A stretch of 64,000 bases of DNA from Clostridia bacterium. Lineage in GTDB: Bacteria > Bacillota > Clostridia > UMGS1810. Made by a program: the position numbers and the translations under genes. The stretch's first letter is position 1, and every line of letters starts with the position of its first letter. The notes below the pieces were generated by a model that was given only the letters and a program-made list of their open reading frames with translations, was not told the DNA's origin and searched no databases. Where the stretch lies: NCBI GenBank assembly GCA_045644205.1, contig JAZRGM010000052.1, forward strand, positions 19,859 to 83,858, given 5' to 3'. This document shows positions 45,823 through 55,098 of this stretch, piece after piece.

Positions 45823-45948
45823 GTAAGAGGGAGTAGCTTCCATCATTTCGGATGTTTGGTGTATCGTCAGAACGATTTTTAAAATCCGTACACTATGTAA
45901 TTAGCAAGACTTTTACCGCGTAAAAAAGCGGTAAAAGTCTTGTTTTTT
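45823..45948 (+). promoter_or_regulatory. Probable yybP-ykoY (Mn2+) riboswitch with a terminator expression platform
   Basis: The 5' string GAGGGAGUAGC resembles the conserved GGGGAGUAG and the 3' string UUAGCAAGAC resembles the conserved UUUAGCAAGACC. The P1 helix is GUAAGAG (45823-45829) with CUUUUAC (45910-45916). The 3' strand of P1 is shared with the left arm of a 15-bp terminator (45905-45919 with 45928-45942) followed by U6, which is the geometry of an ON switch. Confidence 0.7.
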
Positions 45949-45984
45949 GTCTGCTTCCCAAATTTGTAAAGGAGAGTAATTTGT

Positions 45985-46959
45985 ATGTTAATTCCAATTC
46001 TTTTATTAGCTCTTGGCTTTGTCCTTCTTATTAAAGGGGGCGACTGGTTCGTTGACGGTGCATCAGGTATTGCCCGTCGTTTTCATCTTCCCGAAATCCT
46101 AATCGGTGCCACAGTTGTTTCAATAGGAACCACCCTTCCCGAGGTTATGGTTTCTGCAGGTGCAGCCCTTCAGGGAAGCGGCTCTATCGCCTATGGAAAT
46201 GCAATAGGCTCCATAATCTGCAACACAGCCCTTATTGCGGCATTGACAGTATCCATAAAACCTGGCAGAGCCGATAGAAAAAGCATGATTATTCCTGTGG
46301 CTTTCTTTTTTGTTTCTGCTTTTTTATATTGCTTTATAGCCTATGCATTCGGAAGATTTTCACGCCTTTGCGGATTTGCCCTTCTTGCAATTTTTGTCAT
46401 ATATATGATTTCCAATGTTTTAAGTATGAAAAAAAGCTCTGCCCAGGAGGCTCAGGCATCCGGTGATGAAGGTGAAATTCAGGGCGGAAGCTTTCTTAAA
46501 GATATAGTTCTTCTTGTTATAGGTGCTGTTTTAATTGCTTTTGGTGCAGATTTCCTTGTTGACAATGCAATCATAATTGCAGAAAAATGTGGTGTTTCCG
46601 AAAAGGTTATCGGTCTTACCATCGTTGCTCTCGGAACCTCACTCCCTGAGCTTGTAACAGCCATCACATCCCTTATAAAAGGTCATGGCTCACTTTCTCT
46701 TGGAAATATCATCGGTGCCAATATCTTTAACCTCGTGCTTGTAAGCGGTGCTGCAGTTGCCATAAATCCATTCGACCTTCCTGTGTCAGGCCTTGTTGCA
46801 GGAATAAATTCATCGCTTGTTATCGATATTCCCGTTATGCTTCTGGTAATGAGCATTCTCACAATTCCCACCCTTATAAAGCAAAAGCTTTCCCGCTGGC
46901 AGGGAATAGTCCTTTTAGGAATTTATGCTTTGTTCTGCATATTGCAGTTTGCAATATAA
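45985..46959 (+). CDS. CaCA-family cation/Ca2+ exchanger (YrbG-like sodium:calcium antiporter)
   Basis: Two alpha-repeats carry GTTLPE and GTSLPE. The protein is polytopic and 324 aa long. Confidence 0.85.
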   Translation: MLIPILLLALGFVLLIKGGDWFVDGASGIARRFHLPEILIGATVVSIGTTLPEVMVSAGAALQGSGSIAYGNAIGSIICNTALIAALTVSIKPGRADRKSMIIPVAFFFVSAFLYCFIAYAFGRFSRLCGFALLAIFVIYMISNVLSMKKSSAQEAQASGDEGEIQGGSFLKDIVLLVIGAVLIAFGADFLVDNAIIIAEKCGVSEKVIGLTIVALGTSLPELVTAITSLIKGHGSLSLGNIIGANIFNLVLVSGAAVAINPFDLPVSGLVAGINSSLVIDIPVMLLVMSILTIPTLIKQKLSRWQGIVLLGIYALFCILQFAI

Positions 46960-46980
46960 AATAATTAAAAGAGGTGCGTT

Positions 46981-48120
46981 ATGAGTTTTTTACTTGAAAG
47001 CTTTATGGCAGTAACCTGGCAGCAAGGCGTTATGTATATTGTCGGATTAATTCTTATCTACCTTGCAATCAAAAAAGAATATGAACCATCCCTTCTTCTT
47101 CCTATGGGCTTTGGTGCAATCCTTGTTAACCTTCCCTTCTCCGGTGTTCTCAATCAGACAATCGAAGGAATAGGCGAGGTTCAGGGTATCATAGAATGGC
47201 TCTATGAAATCGGTATCGGTGCTTCAGAGGCAATGCCCCTTCTTCTTTTTATAGGCATTGGTGCTATGATAGATTTTGGTCCCCTTCTTTCAAACCCCAA
47301 AATGTTTTTATTTGGTGCCGCAGCTCAGTTTGGAATATTCTTCGTTGTTATTGTGGCTGTGCTACTTGGCTTCGATTTAAAAGATGCCGCATCAATCGGT
47401 ATTATCGGTGCAGCCGATGGCCCAACTTCAATCCTTGTTTCTCAGGTACTTAAATCAAATTATATAGGCCCCATAGCTGTTGCGGCATATTCCTATATGG
47501 CTCTTGTGCCTATCATTCAGCCAATGGCAATTAAAGCTGTTACAACCAAAAAGGAAAGACAGATAAGAATGCCCTATAATCCCGGCAATGTTTCCAAATT
47601 CTTAAGAATTGCTTTTCCCATAATCGTAACCTTTATTTCGGGATTTATCGCCCCCACATCCGTTTCTCTTGTAGGCTTTTTAATGTTTGGTAACCTTTTA
47701 AGAGAGTGTGGAGTTTTAGATTCACTTTCAGAATCAGCACAGAAGGTTCTTGCAAATCTTGTAACCCTTCTTCTTGGTATAACCATTTCCTTCAGCATGG
47801 TGGCTGAGCAGTTTGTAAACCTTCAGACTCTTATCATCATGGGCCTTGGTCTTGTTGCTTTTGTGTTTGATTCAATTGCAGGCGTGTTCTTTGCAAAATT
47901 CTTAAATCTCTTCACCAAAAATAAAATAAACCCAATGGTTGGTGCAGCAGGTATTTCCGCATTCCCAATGTCAGCCCGCGTAATCCAGAAAATGGGTCAG
48001 AAAGAAGATTCTCAGAACTTCCTTCTTATGCACGCAGTTGGTGCAAATGTTTCCGGACAGATTGCATCAGTTCTTGCCGGCGGTATGATATTAAACCTTA
48101 TCCCACAGCTTTTAAAGTAA
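46981..48120 (+). CDS. Sodium ion-translocating decarboxylase beta subunit (OadB/GcdB/MmdB family)
   Basis: WQQGVMYIVGLILIYLAIKKEYEPSLLLPMGFGAILVNLP and the highly hydrophobic 379-aa body match OadB-family proteins. No alpha or biotin-carrier subunit gene is nearby. Confidence 0.8.
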   Translation: MSFLLESFMAVTWQQGVMYIVGLILIYLAIKKEYEPSLLLPMGFGAILVNLPFSGVLNQTIEGIGEVQGIIEWLYEIGIGASEAMPLLLFIGIGAMIDFGPLLSNPKMFLFGAAAQFGIFFVVIVAVLLGFDLKDAASIGIIGAADGPTSILVSQVLKSNYIGPIAVAAYSYMALVPIIQPMAIKAVTTKKERQIRMPYNPGNVSKFLRIAFPIIVTFISGFIAPTSVSLVGFLMFGNLLRECGVLDSLSESAQKVLANLVTLLLGITISFSMVAEQFVNLQTLIIMGLGLVAFVFDSIAGVFFAKFLNLFTKNKINPMVGAAGISAFPMSARVIQKMGQKEDSQNFLLMHAVGANVSGQIASVLAGGMILNLIPQLLK

Positions 48121-48135
48121 TCGGAGGTTAAAATT

Positions 48136-48255
48136 ATGAATTATGCAGATTTAATGGCATCATTTAAACTTATGGGCCAGAGTATGCTTGCTATATTTAT
48201 CGTTATGGCGGCAATAGCTTTTATAGTATATTTATTCACTAAATTTTCAAAATAA
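48136..48255 (+). CDS. Small membrane protein (39 aa), OadG-like; not in the ORF track
   Basis: A GGAGGT RBS (48123-48128) lies 7 nt before the ATG. The product MNYADLMASFKLMGQSMLAIFIVMAAIAFIVYLFTKFSK has a single TM helix. It lies immediately after the beta subunit, as gamma/delta subunits of Na+ decarboxylases do. Confidence 0.6.
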   Translation: MNYADLMASFKLMGQSMLAIFIVMAAIAFIVYLFTKFSK

Positions 48256-48300
48256 AAACAATCCCCAAAAAGTCCTGATAACTTTTTGGGGATTGTTTTT
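48256..48300. terminator. Bidirectional intrinsic terminator between convergent genes
   Basis: AAACAATCCCCAAAAAGT-loop-ACTTTTTGGGGATTGTTT forms an 18-bp stem flanked by A-runs and T-runs. Confidence 0.85.
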
Positions 48301-48979
48301 ATCCTATTAATTTTTTATTTATATTTTGCATCTTTTCGTCAGTTTCGGCAATAATTTCAGCACAGTTCTTAAGTTCTTTTTCAAGCTCTTCAATATTTTC
48401 AATATTTCTTTTGTATTTCATTTTGTGTTCAAGGCTTGCCCAGAAATCCATTGCAATTGTTCTTAATTGCACCTCAACTCTCATATTCTGCTTTCTTTGA
48501 GCAAAAAACACAGGAACCTCAATTATCATATGATAGCTTCTATAGCCATTGGGTTTTGGGTTTTTAATATAATCCTTAACCTCAATAACATTAACATCAT
48601 CCTGCCTTGAAAACATCTCGGCAACCTCATATATGTCGTCAATAAATGAGCATATAACCCTTACCCCTGCCACATCATTCAGATTGGAAAGAATAGATTC
48701 CATGTTGAGCGAGAATCCTTTTCTTTTCAGTTTCTCCATGATGCTTGCAGGTTTTTTTATTCTTGATTTTATCATTTCAATAGGGTTTCTTTTATAAGTA
48801 ACAGAAAAATCGTCATTCAAAACTTCAAACTTTGTTCTTACTTCTCTTATCGCACAGTTATACATCATCATAAATTCCTGAAATCCCTTGAACATATCCT
48901 GCATTTCGTCAAGGTGATCTGATGAAACGATGCTGTGAGCCAAAAGAGTTTTAGATAAATCCTTTTCCATATCTATCAT
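48299..48979 (-). CDS. Small alarmone synthetase (RelP/RelQ-type GTP pyrophosphokinase)
   Basis: The RelA_SpoT synthetase motifs DVAGVRVICSF, GYRSYHMIIEVPV and VEVQLRTIAMDFWASLEH are present. The protein is 226 aa. Confidence 0.9.
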   Translation of the reverse strand: MIDMEKDLSKTLLAHSIVSSDHLDEMQDMFKGFQEFMMMYNCAIREVRTKFEVLNDDFSVTYKRNPIEMIKSRIKKPASIMEKLKRKGFSLNMESILSNLNDVAGVRVICSFIDDIYEVAEMFSRQDDVNVIEVKDYIKNPKPNGYRSYHMIIEVPVFFAQRKQNMRVEVQLRTIAMDFWASLEHKMKYKRNIENIEELEKELKNCAEIIAETDEKMQNINKKLIG

Positions 48980-49225
48980 TTTAAAACACCTCTTTTCAAT
49001 TTGATTTTATCACAAAATGATGCAAAAATAAAGCATATTTTAAAAGATTTACATAATGTTAATCAATTGTTAATAATTACTGTCCTTGTTATAGTACATC
49101 AGATATGCTATAAATATATTAAAGGAAAAATAAATACAACTCCATTTTCTTGTTACTCTTGAAAAAAAACTAATTTTGTGATACTATATTTATATATGTC
49201 TTAATTTACGAAAAGAGTATGATAT

Positions 49226-50365
49226 ATGGAAGTTTATCTTGATAACAGCGCCACAACAAAGCCATATGATGAAGCAGTAAAAGTGATGGGAGATGTTATG
49301 TCTGCAACCTACGGTAATCCCTCTTCTCTTCACCGCATGGGAAAATATGCCCAGGACCTTCTTGAAAAAAGCAGAGAAACCCTAGCTAAATCTATCGGGG
49401 CAGCTCCGGGTGAATTTTATTTTACCTCCGGCGGCACCGAAAGCAATAACCTTTCAATAATAGGCTGTGCTATGGCAAATAAAAGAGAAGGAAACCGCAT
49501 AATAACCCAGCCCACAGAGCATGCCGCAGTTCTGGAACCCTTTAAGTTTTTGGAATCCCAGGGCTTTGAGGTTTGCTATGTTCCTGTTGATGGCTCAGGC
49601 TTTCCCGATGTGGATGCTTTAAAAAGCTTAATAAATGAAAAGACCATCCTTCTTAGCTTTATGCTTGTCAATAATGAAAATGGTGCCATATTTCCAATAG
49701 ATGAAATAGCATCTCTCCCAAGGGGAAAGGCTAAGCTTCATGTTGATGCAGTTCAGGGCTACGGAAAGCTACCTTTAAATGTTAAAAAACAAAATATAGA
49801 TATGCTGAGCATTTCTTCTCATAAAATCCATGGTCCAAACGGAATAGGCGGGTTGTATGTTAAAAACGGAGTTAAAATAAACCCCATAGTCTATGGAGGC
49901 TCTCAGGAAAGGGGCCTTCGCTCAGGCACGGAAAATATAGCTTCGGCGGCATCCTTTGCAAAGGCATGCGAAATTAAAATATCGAAAATGGATAGCGACG
50001 CTGAAAAAATGCAGCTTCTAAAATCAAGGCTCAAAGAAAAGCTTATGGAAAAAATAGAAAATGTTGTTGTAAATTCTCCTGAAAATTCAGTTTGCAGCAT
50101 TTTAAATCTTTCCTTTCCCGGAGTTAAAAGCGAAGTGCTTTTGCATGTTTTAGAATCAAAGGGCATCTATGTTTCCACAGGCTCCGCCTGCAATTCAAGA
50201 AAGAAGAAATACAGCTATGTTTTAAAAGAAATGAATTTAAAAGATAACATCATCGACAGCGCTGTGAGATTTTCCTTTTCATCGTTTAATACGATTGAAG
50301 AAATAGACTACACAGCCGATGTTCTTGCAAAAGAAATACCCATTTTAAGAAAAATAATGAAATAG
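49226..50365 (+). CDS. Cysteine desulfurase (class V aminotransferase, NifS/IscS-like, ThiI partner)
   Basis: SISSHKIHGPNGIG carries the PLP lysine and VSTGSACNS carries the active-site Cys. The gene lies directly upstream of thiI. A candidate promoter TTGAAA-17-TGaTACTAT lies upstream at about 49170-49198. Confidence 0.9.
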   Translation: MEVYLDNSATTKPYDEAVKVMGDVMSATYGNPSSLHRMGKYAQDLLEKSRETLAKSIGAAPGEFYFTSGGTESNNLSIIGCAMANKREGNRIITQPTEHAAVLEPFKFLESQGFEVCYVPVDGSGFPDVDALKSLINEKTILLSFMLVNNENGAIFPIDEIASLPRGKAKLHVDAVQGYGKLPLNVKKQNIDMLSISSHKIHGPNGIGGLYVKNGVKINPIVYGGSQERGLRSGTENIASAASFAKACEIKISKMDSDAEKMQLLKSRLKEKLMEKIENVVVNSPENSVCSILNLSFPGVKSEVLLHVLESKGIYVSTGSACNSRKKKYSYVLKEMNLKDNIIDSAVRFSFSSFNTIEEIDYTADVLAKEIPILRKIMK

Positions 50366-50374
50366 GAGATATAA

Positions 50375-51535
50375 ATGAACAGATTAGTTCTTGTCCGCTA
50401 CGGCGAAATAATTTTAAAAGGCTTAAATCGCCCTGTCTTTGAAGATTTGCTTGTTAAAAATATAAAGCAGGCGTTAAAAGATGAATGTGAATTGAAAATA
50501 TATAAAGCTCAGGCAACAATCTATATTGAGCCAAAAGACGATAGCTGCACAGAGTCTATAGTTGAAAAGCTGAAAAAGGTTTTCGGCATAGTGTCAATCG
50601 TTGTGGCATATCCGGCAGAAAAGAATATGGACGATGTTGAAAAGCAGATAGTTAATAATTTTGCAAACGAATTAAAATCTGCAAAAACATTTAAAGTAAT
50701 AGCAAAAAGAGCCGATAAAAAATTCCATATGCAGTCTCCCGAAATCTGCGAGGAAATCGGCGGCAGAATTTTAGAAGCTTTTCCGAATTTAAGTGTTGAT
50801 GTTAAAAACCCCGAAATAAATGTTTATGTTGAAATAAGAGAGCATGGCTTTGTTCACCTTGACAAAATCCAGGGTGCAGGCGGAATGCCCTCAGGCTCCA
50901 ATGGAAGGGCAATGCTTCTTTTGTCAGGGGGAATTGACAGTCCTGTGGCAGGCTATATGATAGGCAAAAGGGGAGTGTATATGGAGGCTGTCCACTTTTT
51001 CAGCTATCCCTACACAAGCGACAGAGCCAAAGATAAGGTCTTAAAGCTTGCTTCCATCATTTCATCCTATACAGGAAGCTTAAAGGTGCATATTGTTCCC
51101 TTTACCGATATTCAGCTTGAAATAAGAGATAAATGCCCTGAAGAACATTTAACCCTTGTTATGCGCCGCTTTATGATGGCAATAGCCGAAAGAATAGCCA
51201 TAAAAAGAGGTTGTCAGGCTCTTATAACAGGCGAGAGCATAGGTCAGGTGGCAAGCCAGACAATGTCTGCCTTAGCTGTAACCGATGATGCAGTTAATAT
51301 CCCTGTTTTCCGACCACTCATAGGAATGGATAAGGAAGAAATCGTTGAAATTTCAAGAAAGATAGATACCTTCGAAACCTCAATCCTTCCATATGAAGAT
51401 TGCTGCACAGTCTTCACTCCACGACATCCCACCACCAAGCCTAAAATTGAAAGAATTGTTTTCTCTCAGGAAAAGCTTGATATTGAAAGACTCATAAATG
51501 AAGCTGTGGAAGGTACTGAAACTATAGATGTGTGA
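50375..51535 (+). CDS. thiI: tRNA 4-thiouridine(8) synthase ThiI
   Basis: It has THUMP-type N-terminal architecture and the PP-loop LLLSGGIDSPVA. Confidence 0.9.
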   Translation: MNRLVLVRYGEIILKGLNRPVFEDLLVKNIKQALKDECELKIYKAQATIYIEPKDDSCTESIVEKLKKVFGIVSIVVAYPAEKNMDDVEKQIVNNFANELKSAKTFKVIAKRADKKFHMQSPEICEEIGGRILEAFPNLSVDVKNPEINVYVEIREHGFVHLDKIQGAGGMPSGSNGRAMLLLSGGIDSPVAGYMIGKRGVYMEAVHFFSYPYTSDRAKDKVLKLASIISSYTGSLKVHIVPFTDIQLEIRDKCPEEHLTLVMRRFMMAIAERIAIKRGCQALITGESIGQVASQTMSALAVTDDAVNIPVFRPLIGMDKEEIVEISRKIDTFETSILPYEDCCTVFTPRHPTTKPKIERIVFSQEKLDIERLINEAVEGTETIDV

Positions 51536-51539
51536 AAAA

Positions 51540-52037
51540 ATGAAAGAAATAATATCTTCAATAGATGAATTAAAAATAAAGCTATATAATGCTTTAAGCA
51601 AAAAAAATCTCACGCTTTCCACCGCAGAAAGCTGCACCGGAGGTATGATAGGCGCCTCCATAACCTCAATCCCCGGTATTTCATCCTACTATGGCTATGG
51701 CTTTGTTACCTATAGCAATGAAGCAAAGCAAAAGCTTATAGGGGTAAGGGGTGAAACCCTGGAAAAGCACGGTGCTGTTAGTGCCGAAACTGCTCTTGAA
51801 ATGGCGGAAGGTACCCTCAAGGTGTCGGGAGCCGATATAGCAGTTTCCGTAACAGGCATAGCAGGCCCCGGCGGCGGAAGTGAAAAAAAGCCTGTGGGCC
51901 TTGTGTATCTTGGATATGCACAAAAAGAAAAAAGACTTTTTAAAAAGCTCAATCTTTCAGGCGACAGAGATGCAGTAAGGCTTTTAACAGTTAAAAATGT
52001 ATTGGAATTAATAGTAAAACAGCTTGAAAATAAATAG
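51540..52037 (+). CDS. CinA C-terminal domain protein (nicotinamide-nucleotide amidohydrolase PncC-like)
   Basis: [10 protein letters not shown] and [12 protein letters not shown] motifs are present, and the gene lies upstream of recA. I preferred ATG 51540 over the tracked 51528. Confidence 0.85.
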   Translation: MKEIISSIDELKIKLYNALSKKNLTLSTAESCTGGMIGASITSIPGISSYYGYGFVTYSNEAKQKLIGVRGETLEKHGAVSAETALEMAEGTLKVSGADIAVSVTGIAGPGGGSEKKPVGLVYLGYAQKEKRLFKKLNLSGDRDAVRLLTVKNVLELIVKQLENK

Positions 52038-52051
52038 AAGAGGTGATAATA

Positions 52052-53131
52052 ATGGCAGGAAAAGGAAAAATTGTTGTAGAACCAAATAACGACAGAGCTC
52101 AGGCTCTTGCCGCAGCTCTTGCCCAAATTGAAAAAACATATGGCGAAGGCTCTGTTATGCGCCTTGGAAATGCCCCATCAATTCAGGTTGAGGTTATTCC
52201 AACAGGCTCTCTTAGCCTAGACCTTGCTCTTGGCACAGGCGGTCTTCCCCGAGGCAGAATAGTTGAAATATATGGTCCTGAATCATCGGGTAAAACAACC
52301 GTTTCTCTCCATGTTATAGCAGAAGCTCAGAAAAAAGGCGGCGAGGTTGCATTTATTGATGCTGAGCACGCCTTAGACCCAATCTATGCCCAGAAGCTTG
52401 GTGTAGATATAGACCGTCTCATCGTTGCTCAGCCCGACACAGGTGAGCAGGCACTTGAGATTGCCGAAGCTCTTGCAAGAAGCGGCGCCATAGATGTTAT
52501 AGTTGTGGATTCAGTTGCAGCTCTTGTTCCAAAGGCAGAAATCGCAGGTGTAATGGGTGATTCCCATGTTGGTCTCCATGCCCGTCTTATGAGCCAGGCA
52601 CTAAGAAAGCTCACAAGTGTTATCCATAAATCCAACACAGTTGCCATCTTTATCAATCAGCTTCGTGAAAAGGTTGGCGTTATGTATGGTAACCCCGAGG
52701 TTACAACAGGCGGACGAGCTCTCAAATTCTATTCATCTGTGAGAATAGATGTAAGAAAAATAGAAGCAATAAAAGATGGCTCCAATATAATCGGCAACAG
52801 AACAAGAGCAAAGGTTGTTAAAAACAAGCTTGCTCCTCCATTCAAAGAGGCTGAATTCGACATTATGTTTGGCGAAGGCATCTCCCGTGAAGGAAATATC
52901 CTCGACATCGCTGTTCAGTATGACATCATCCAGAAGGGCGGAGCCTGGTATTCCTATAATGGAGAGCATATCGGTCAGGGTAGAGACAAAACCAAAGAGT
53001 ATATGCGTCAGAATCCCGAATTTACCGAAAGCGTTTATAATATGATTATAGAAAAAGTTGAGCTTGAAAAGCAGGCAAAAGAGCAGGCTCGAAAAGAAAT
53101 GGTAAAGTCAAAAACCGAAAATGAAGAGTGA
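52052..53131 (+). CDS. recA: Recombinase RecA
   Basis: [22 protein letters not shown], the Walker [10 protein letters not shown] and VVDSVAAL are present. I chose ATG 52052. Confidence 0.97.
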   Translation: MAGKGKIVVEPNNDRAQALAAALAQIEKTYGEGSVMRLGNAPSIQVEVIPTGSLSLDLALGTGGLPRGRIVEIYGPESSGKTTVSLHVIAEAQKKGGEVAFIDAEHALDPIYAQKLGVDIDRLIVAQPDTGEQALEIAEALARSGAIDVIVVDSVAALVPKAEIAGVMGDSHVGLHARLMSQALRKLTSVIHKSNTVAIFINQLREKVGVMYGNPEVTTGGRALKFYSSVRIDVRKIEAIKDGSNIIGNRTRAKVVKNKLAPPFKEAEFDIMFGEGISREGNILDIAVQYDIIQKGGAWYSYNGEHIGQGRDKTKEYMRQNPEFTESVYNMIIEKVELEKQAKEQARKEMVKSKTENEE

Positions 53132-53137
53132 AGATAA

Positions 53138-53767
53138 GTGAAAATAACAGAAGTTTCTCCTCAAAAAAATAATTCTTTAAGAGTAAATATTTTTGTTGAT
53201 GGTGCCTATAGCTTCTCCTTTGATGCCGCTGAGGCTGTTCTGAAAGGACTCAAAGAAGGGAAAGAGCTTAGCGAAAAGGAAATTAAAAACCTTTTAATGG
53301 ATAGCGAATTTTCCAAGGCAAGAGATTATGCCCTGGGAATTTTGTCCCGCAAAAATACCACATCAAAGCTTTTATCCGATAACCTTACCGAAAAAGGCTA
53401 CAACGAAATAATAGTCGCCGAGGTAATAAATGAGCTTGAGTCTCTTGGCTATATCGACGATGAAAGCTTTGCTCAGATGTTTTTTGAATATTGCCTTGAA
53501 AAAATGTGGGGCAAAAAGAAAATCCACTATGAGATGGCTCAGAAGGGCATCCCCGAAAGCATCATCGAAGAGGTGTTATCATCCTATAGCATCGATGAAG
53601 CTGTCTGCAATATGTCTGTGTATATAACCGAAAGATATAATGCCGATGAATTAAAGGATGCAAAAATAAAAGCTAAAATAACCCGCCATTTTGCATCACG
53701 CGGTTTTGGATTTTCAGAAATATCATCGGCAATAGCCGAGGCAACAAAGGAGATTTCAGATGAATAA
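53138..53767 (+). CDS. recX: Recombination regulator RecX
   Basis: It lies immediately after recA. It has a three-repeat helical pattern and the typical RARDYALGILSRKNTTSKLLSDNLTEKGY segment. It uses a GTG start. Confidence 0.8.
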   Translation: MKITEVSPQKNNSLRVNIFVDGAYSFSFDAAEAVLKGLKEGKELSEKEIKNLLMDSEFSKARDYALGILSRKNTTSKLLSDNLTEKGYNEIIVAEVINELESLGYIDDESFAQMFFEYCLEKMWGKKKIHYEMAQKGIPESIIEEVLSSYSIDEAVCNMSVYITERYNADELKDAKIKAKITRHFASRGFGFSEISSAIAEATKEISDE

Positions 53768-55097
53768 AAAAATAGGCTTTATATCCCTTGGCTGTGCTAA
53801 AAATTTAACCGACACAGAAACCATGCTGGGCATCCTTTCGGAGGAAGGCTTTGAAATAACAGCTGATGCAGCCGATAGTGATATTATAGTTGTCAACACC
53901 TGTGCCTTCATAGATTCCGCCAAGGAAGAATCCATAAATGCCATTCTGGAAATGGCAAATCTTAAAGAAAATAAATGTGAGCTTCTTGTTGTGACAGGCT
54001 GTCTTGCCCAAAGATATAAAGAAGAAATTTCCGCATCTCTTCCTGAGGTAGACATTATCCTTGGCACAAATGACTATCCCAGCATAGCCAAAGCCATAAA
54101 GGATTTCTATAGCCAAGGTAAAAAAACATCTCTTGTAAGCAGCGAAAACACCCCCGTAGCCTACGACCTTCCAAGAATAAAAAGCACGCCATTTTATAGT
54201 GCTTATCTTAAAATTGCCGATGGCTGCGATAATTTCTGCACCTACTGCATAATCCCTAAGCTTCGCGGAAAATTCCGCTCAAGACCAATGGAGAGCATCT
54301 TAAATGAAGCAAATAGGCTTGCAGAGGACGGAGTTAAAGAATTAATCCTTGTTGCTCAGGACACAGCCTGCTATGGTAAAGATATTAATCTCACCCTTGC
54401 CGCTCTTTTAAAAGAGCTTTCCAAAATAGATGGCATAGAATGGATACGCCTTCAGTATTCTTATCCCGAAAATATCACAGATGAATTAATTGAAGAAATT
54501 GCATCAAATAAAAAGATTGTAAAATACCTTGATATGCCTCTTCAGCATGTGAGCGACAATATTTTAAAGCTTATGGGAAGAAAAGGGAGCAAGGATGAAA
54601 TTGAAAAGCTTATAGACAAATTAAGAAGCAAAATCCCCGGTCTTTCAATAAGAACCTCTCTTATAACAGGTTTCCCCGGAGAAACTCAAAAAGATTTTGA
54701 AATTTTAAAGGAATTTTTAAATAAATACAGAATAGACAAAGTGGGAGTATTTCCATATTCCCGTGAAGAAGGAACTGCGGCATATAAATTTGAAAATCAG
54801 ATAGACGAAGAAATTAAGGAAAGCCGCAGAGATGAGCTGATGAAGCTCCAGATGGGCATATCCCTCCGGTTAAACGAAGAAAAAATCGGCAAAAGGGCAT
54901 TTTGCTTAATTGAGGGCTATGACGAAGACGAATTTTGCTATGTGGGCAGATGTTCAACCGACACCCCCGATGTGGATGGCACAGCCTTTGTATACAGCGA
55001 GGACGAGCTATCTGCAGGCGACATAGTGGAAATAGAAATAATAGACCATTCAGAATACGATGTAGTTGGAAAAACTACCGGACGAAAGGATGAATAA
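53760..55097 (+). CDS. rimO: Ribosomal protein S12 methylthiotransferase RimO
   Basis: The order is a UPF0004 N-domain (GFISLGCAKN), a radical-SAM CDNFCTYC motif, then a C-terminal TRAM domain. The 445-aa length is typical of RimO. Confidence 0.85.
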   Translation: MNKKIGFISLGCAKNLTDTETMLGILSEEGFEITADAADSDIIVVNTCAFIDSAKEESINAILEMANLKENKCELLVVTGCLAQRYKEEISASLPEVDIILGTNDYPSIAKAIKDFYSQGKKTSLVSSENTPVAYDLPRIKSTPFYSAYLKIADGCDNFCTYCIIPKLRGKFRSRPMESILNEANRLAEDGVKELILVAQDTACYGKDINLTLAALLKELSKIDGIEWIRLQYSYPENITDELIEEIASNKKIVKYLDMPLQHVSDNILKLMGRKGSKDEIEKLIDKLRSKIPGLSIRTSLITGFPGETQKDFEILKEFLNKYRIDKVGVFPYSREEGTAAYKFENQIDEEIKESRRDELMKLQMGISLRLNEEKIGKRAFCLIEGYDEDEFCYVGRCSTDTPDVDGTAFVYSEDELSAGDIVEIEIIDHSEYDVVGKTTGRKDE

Positions 55098-55098
55098 A

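Noticed and set aside
45821-45948. Na+ (DUF1646-motif) or Li+ (nhaA-I) riboswitch, first suspected because the downstream genes are Na+-linked.
   Set aside because: The conserved strings at both ends of the element (GGGAGUAGC and UUAGCAAGAC) and the P1/terminator overlap fit my memory of the yybP-ykoY Mn2+ class instead. I cannot recall the Na+/Li+ consensus well enough to support it. cmsearch should decide.
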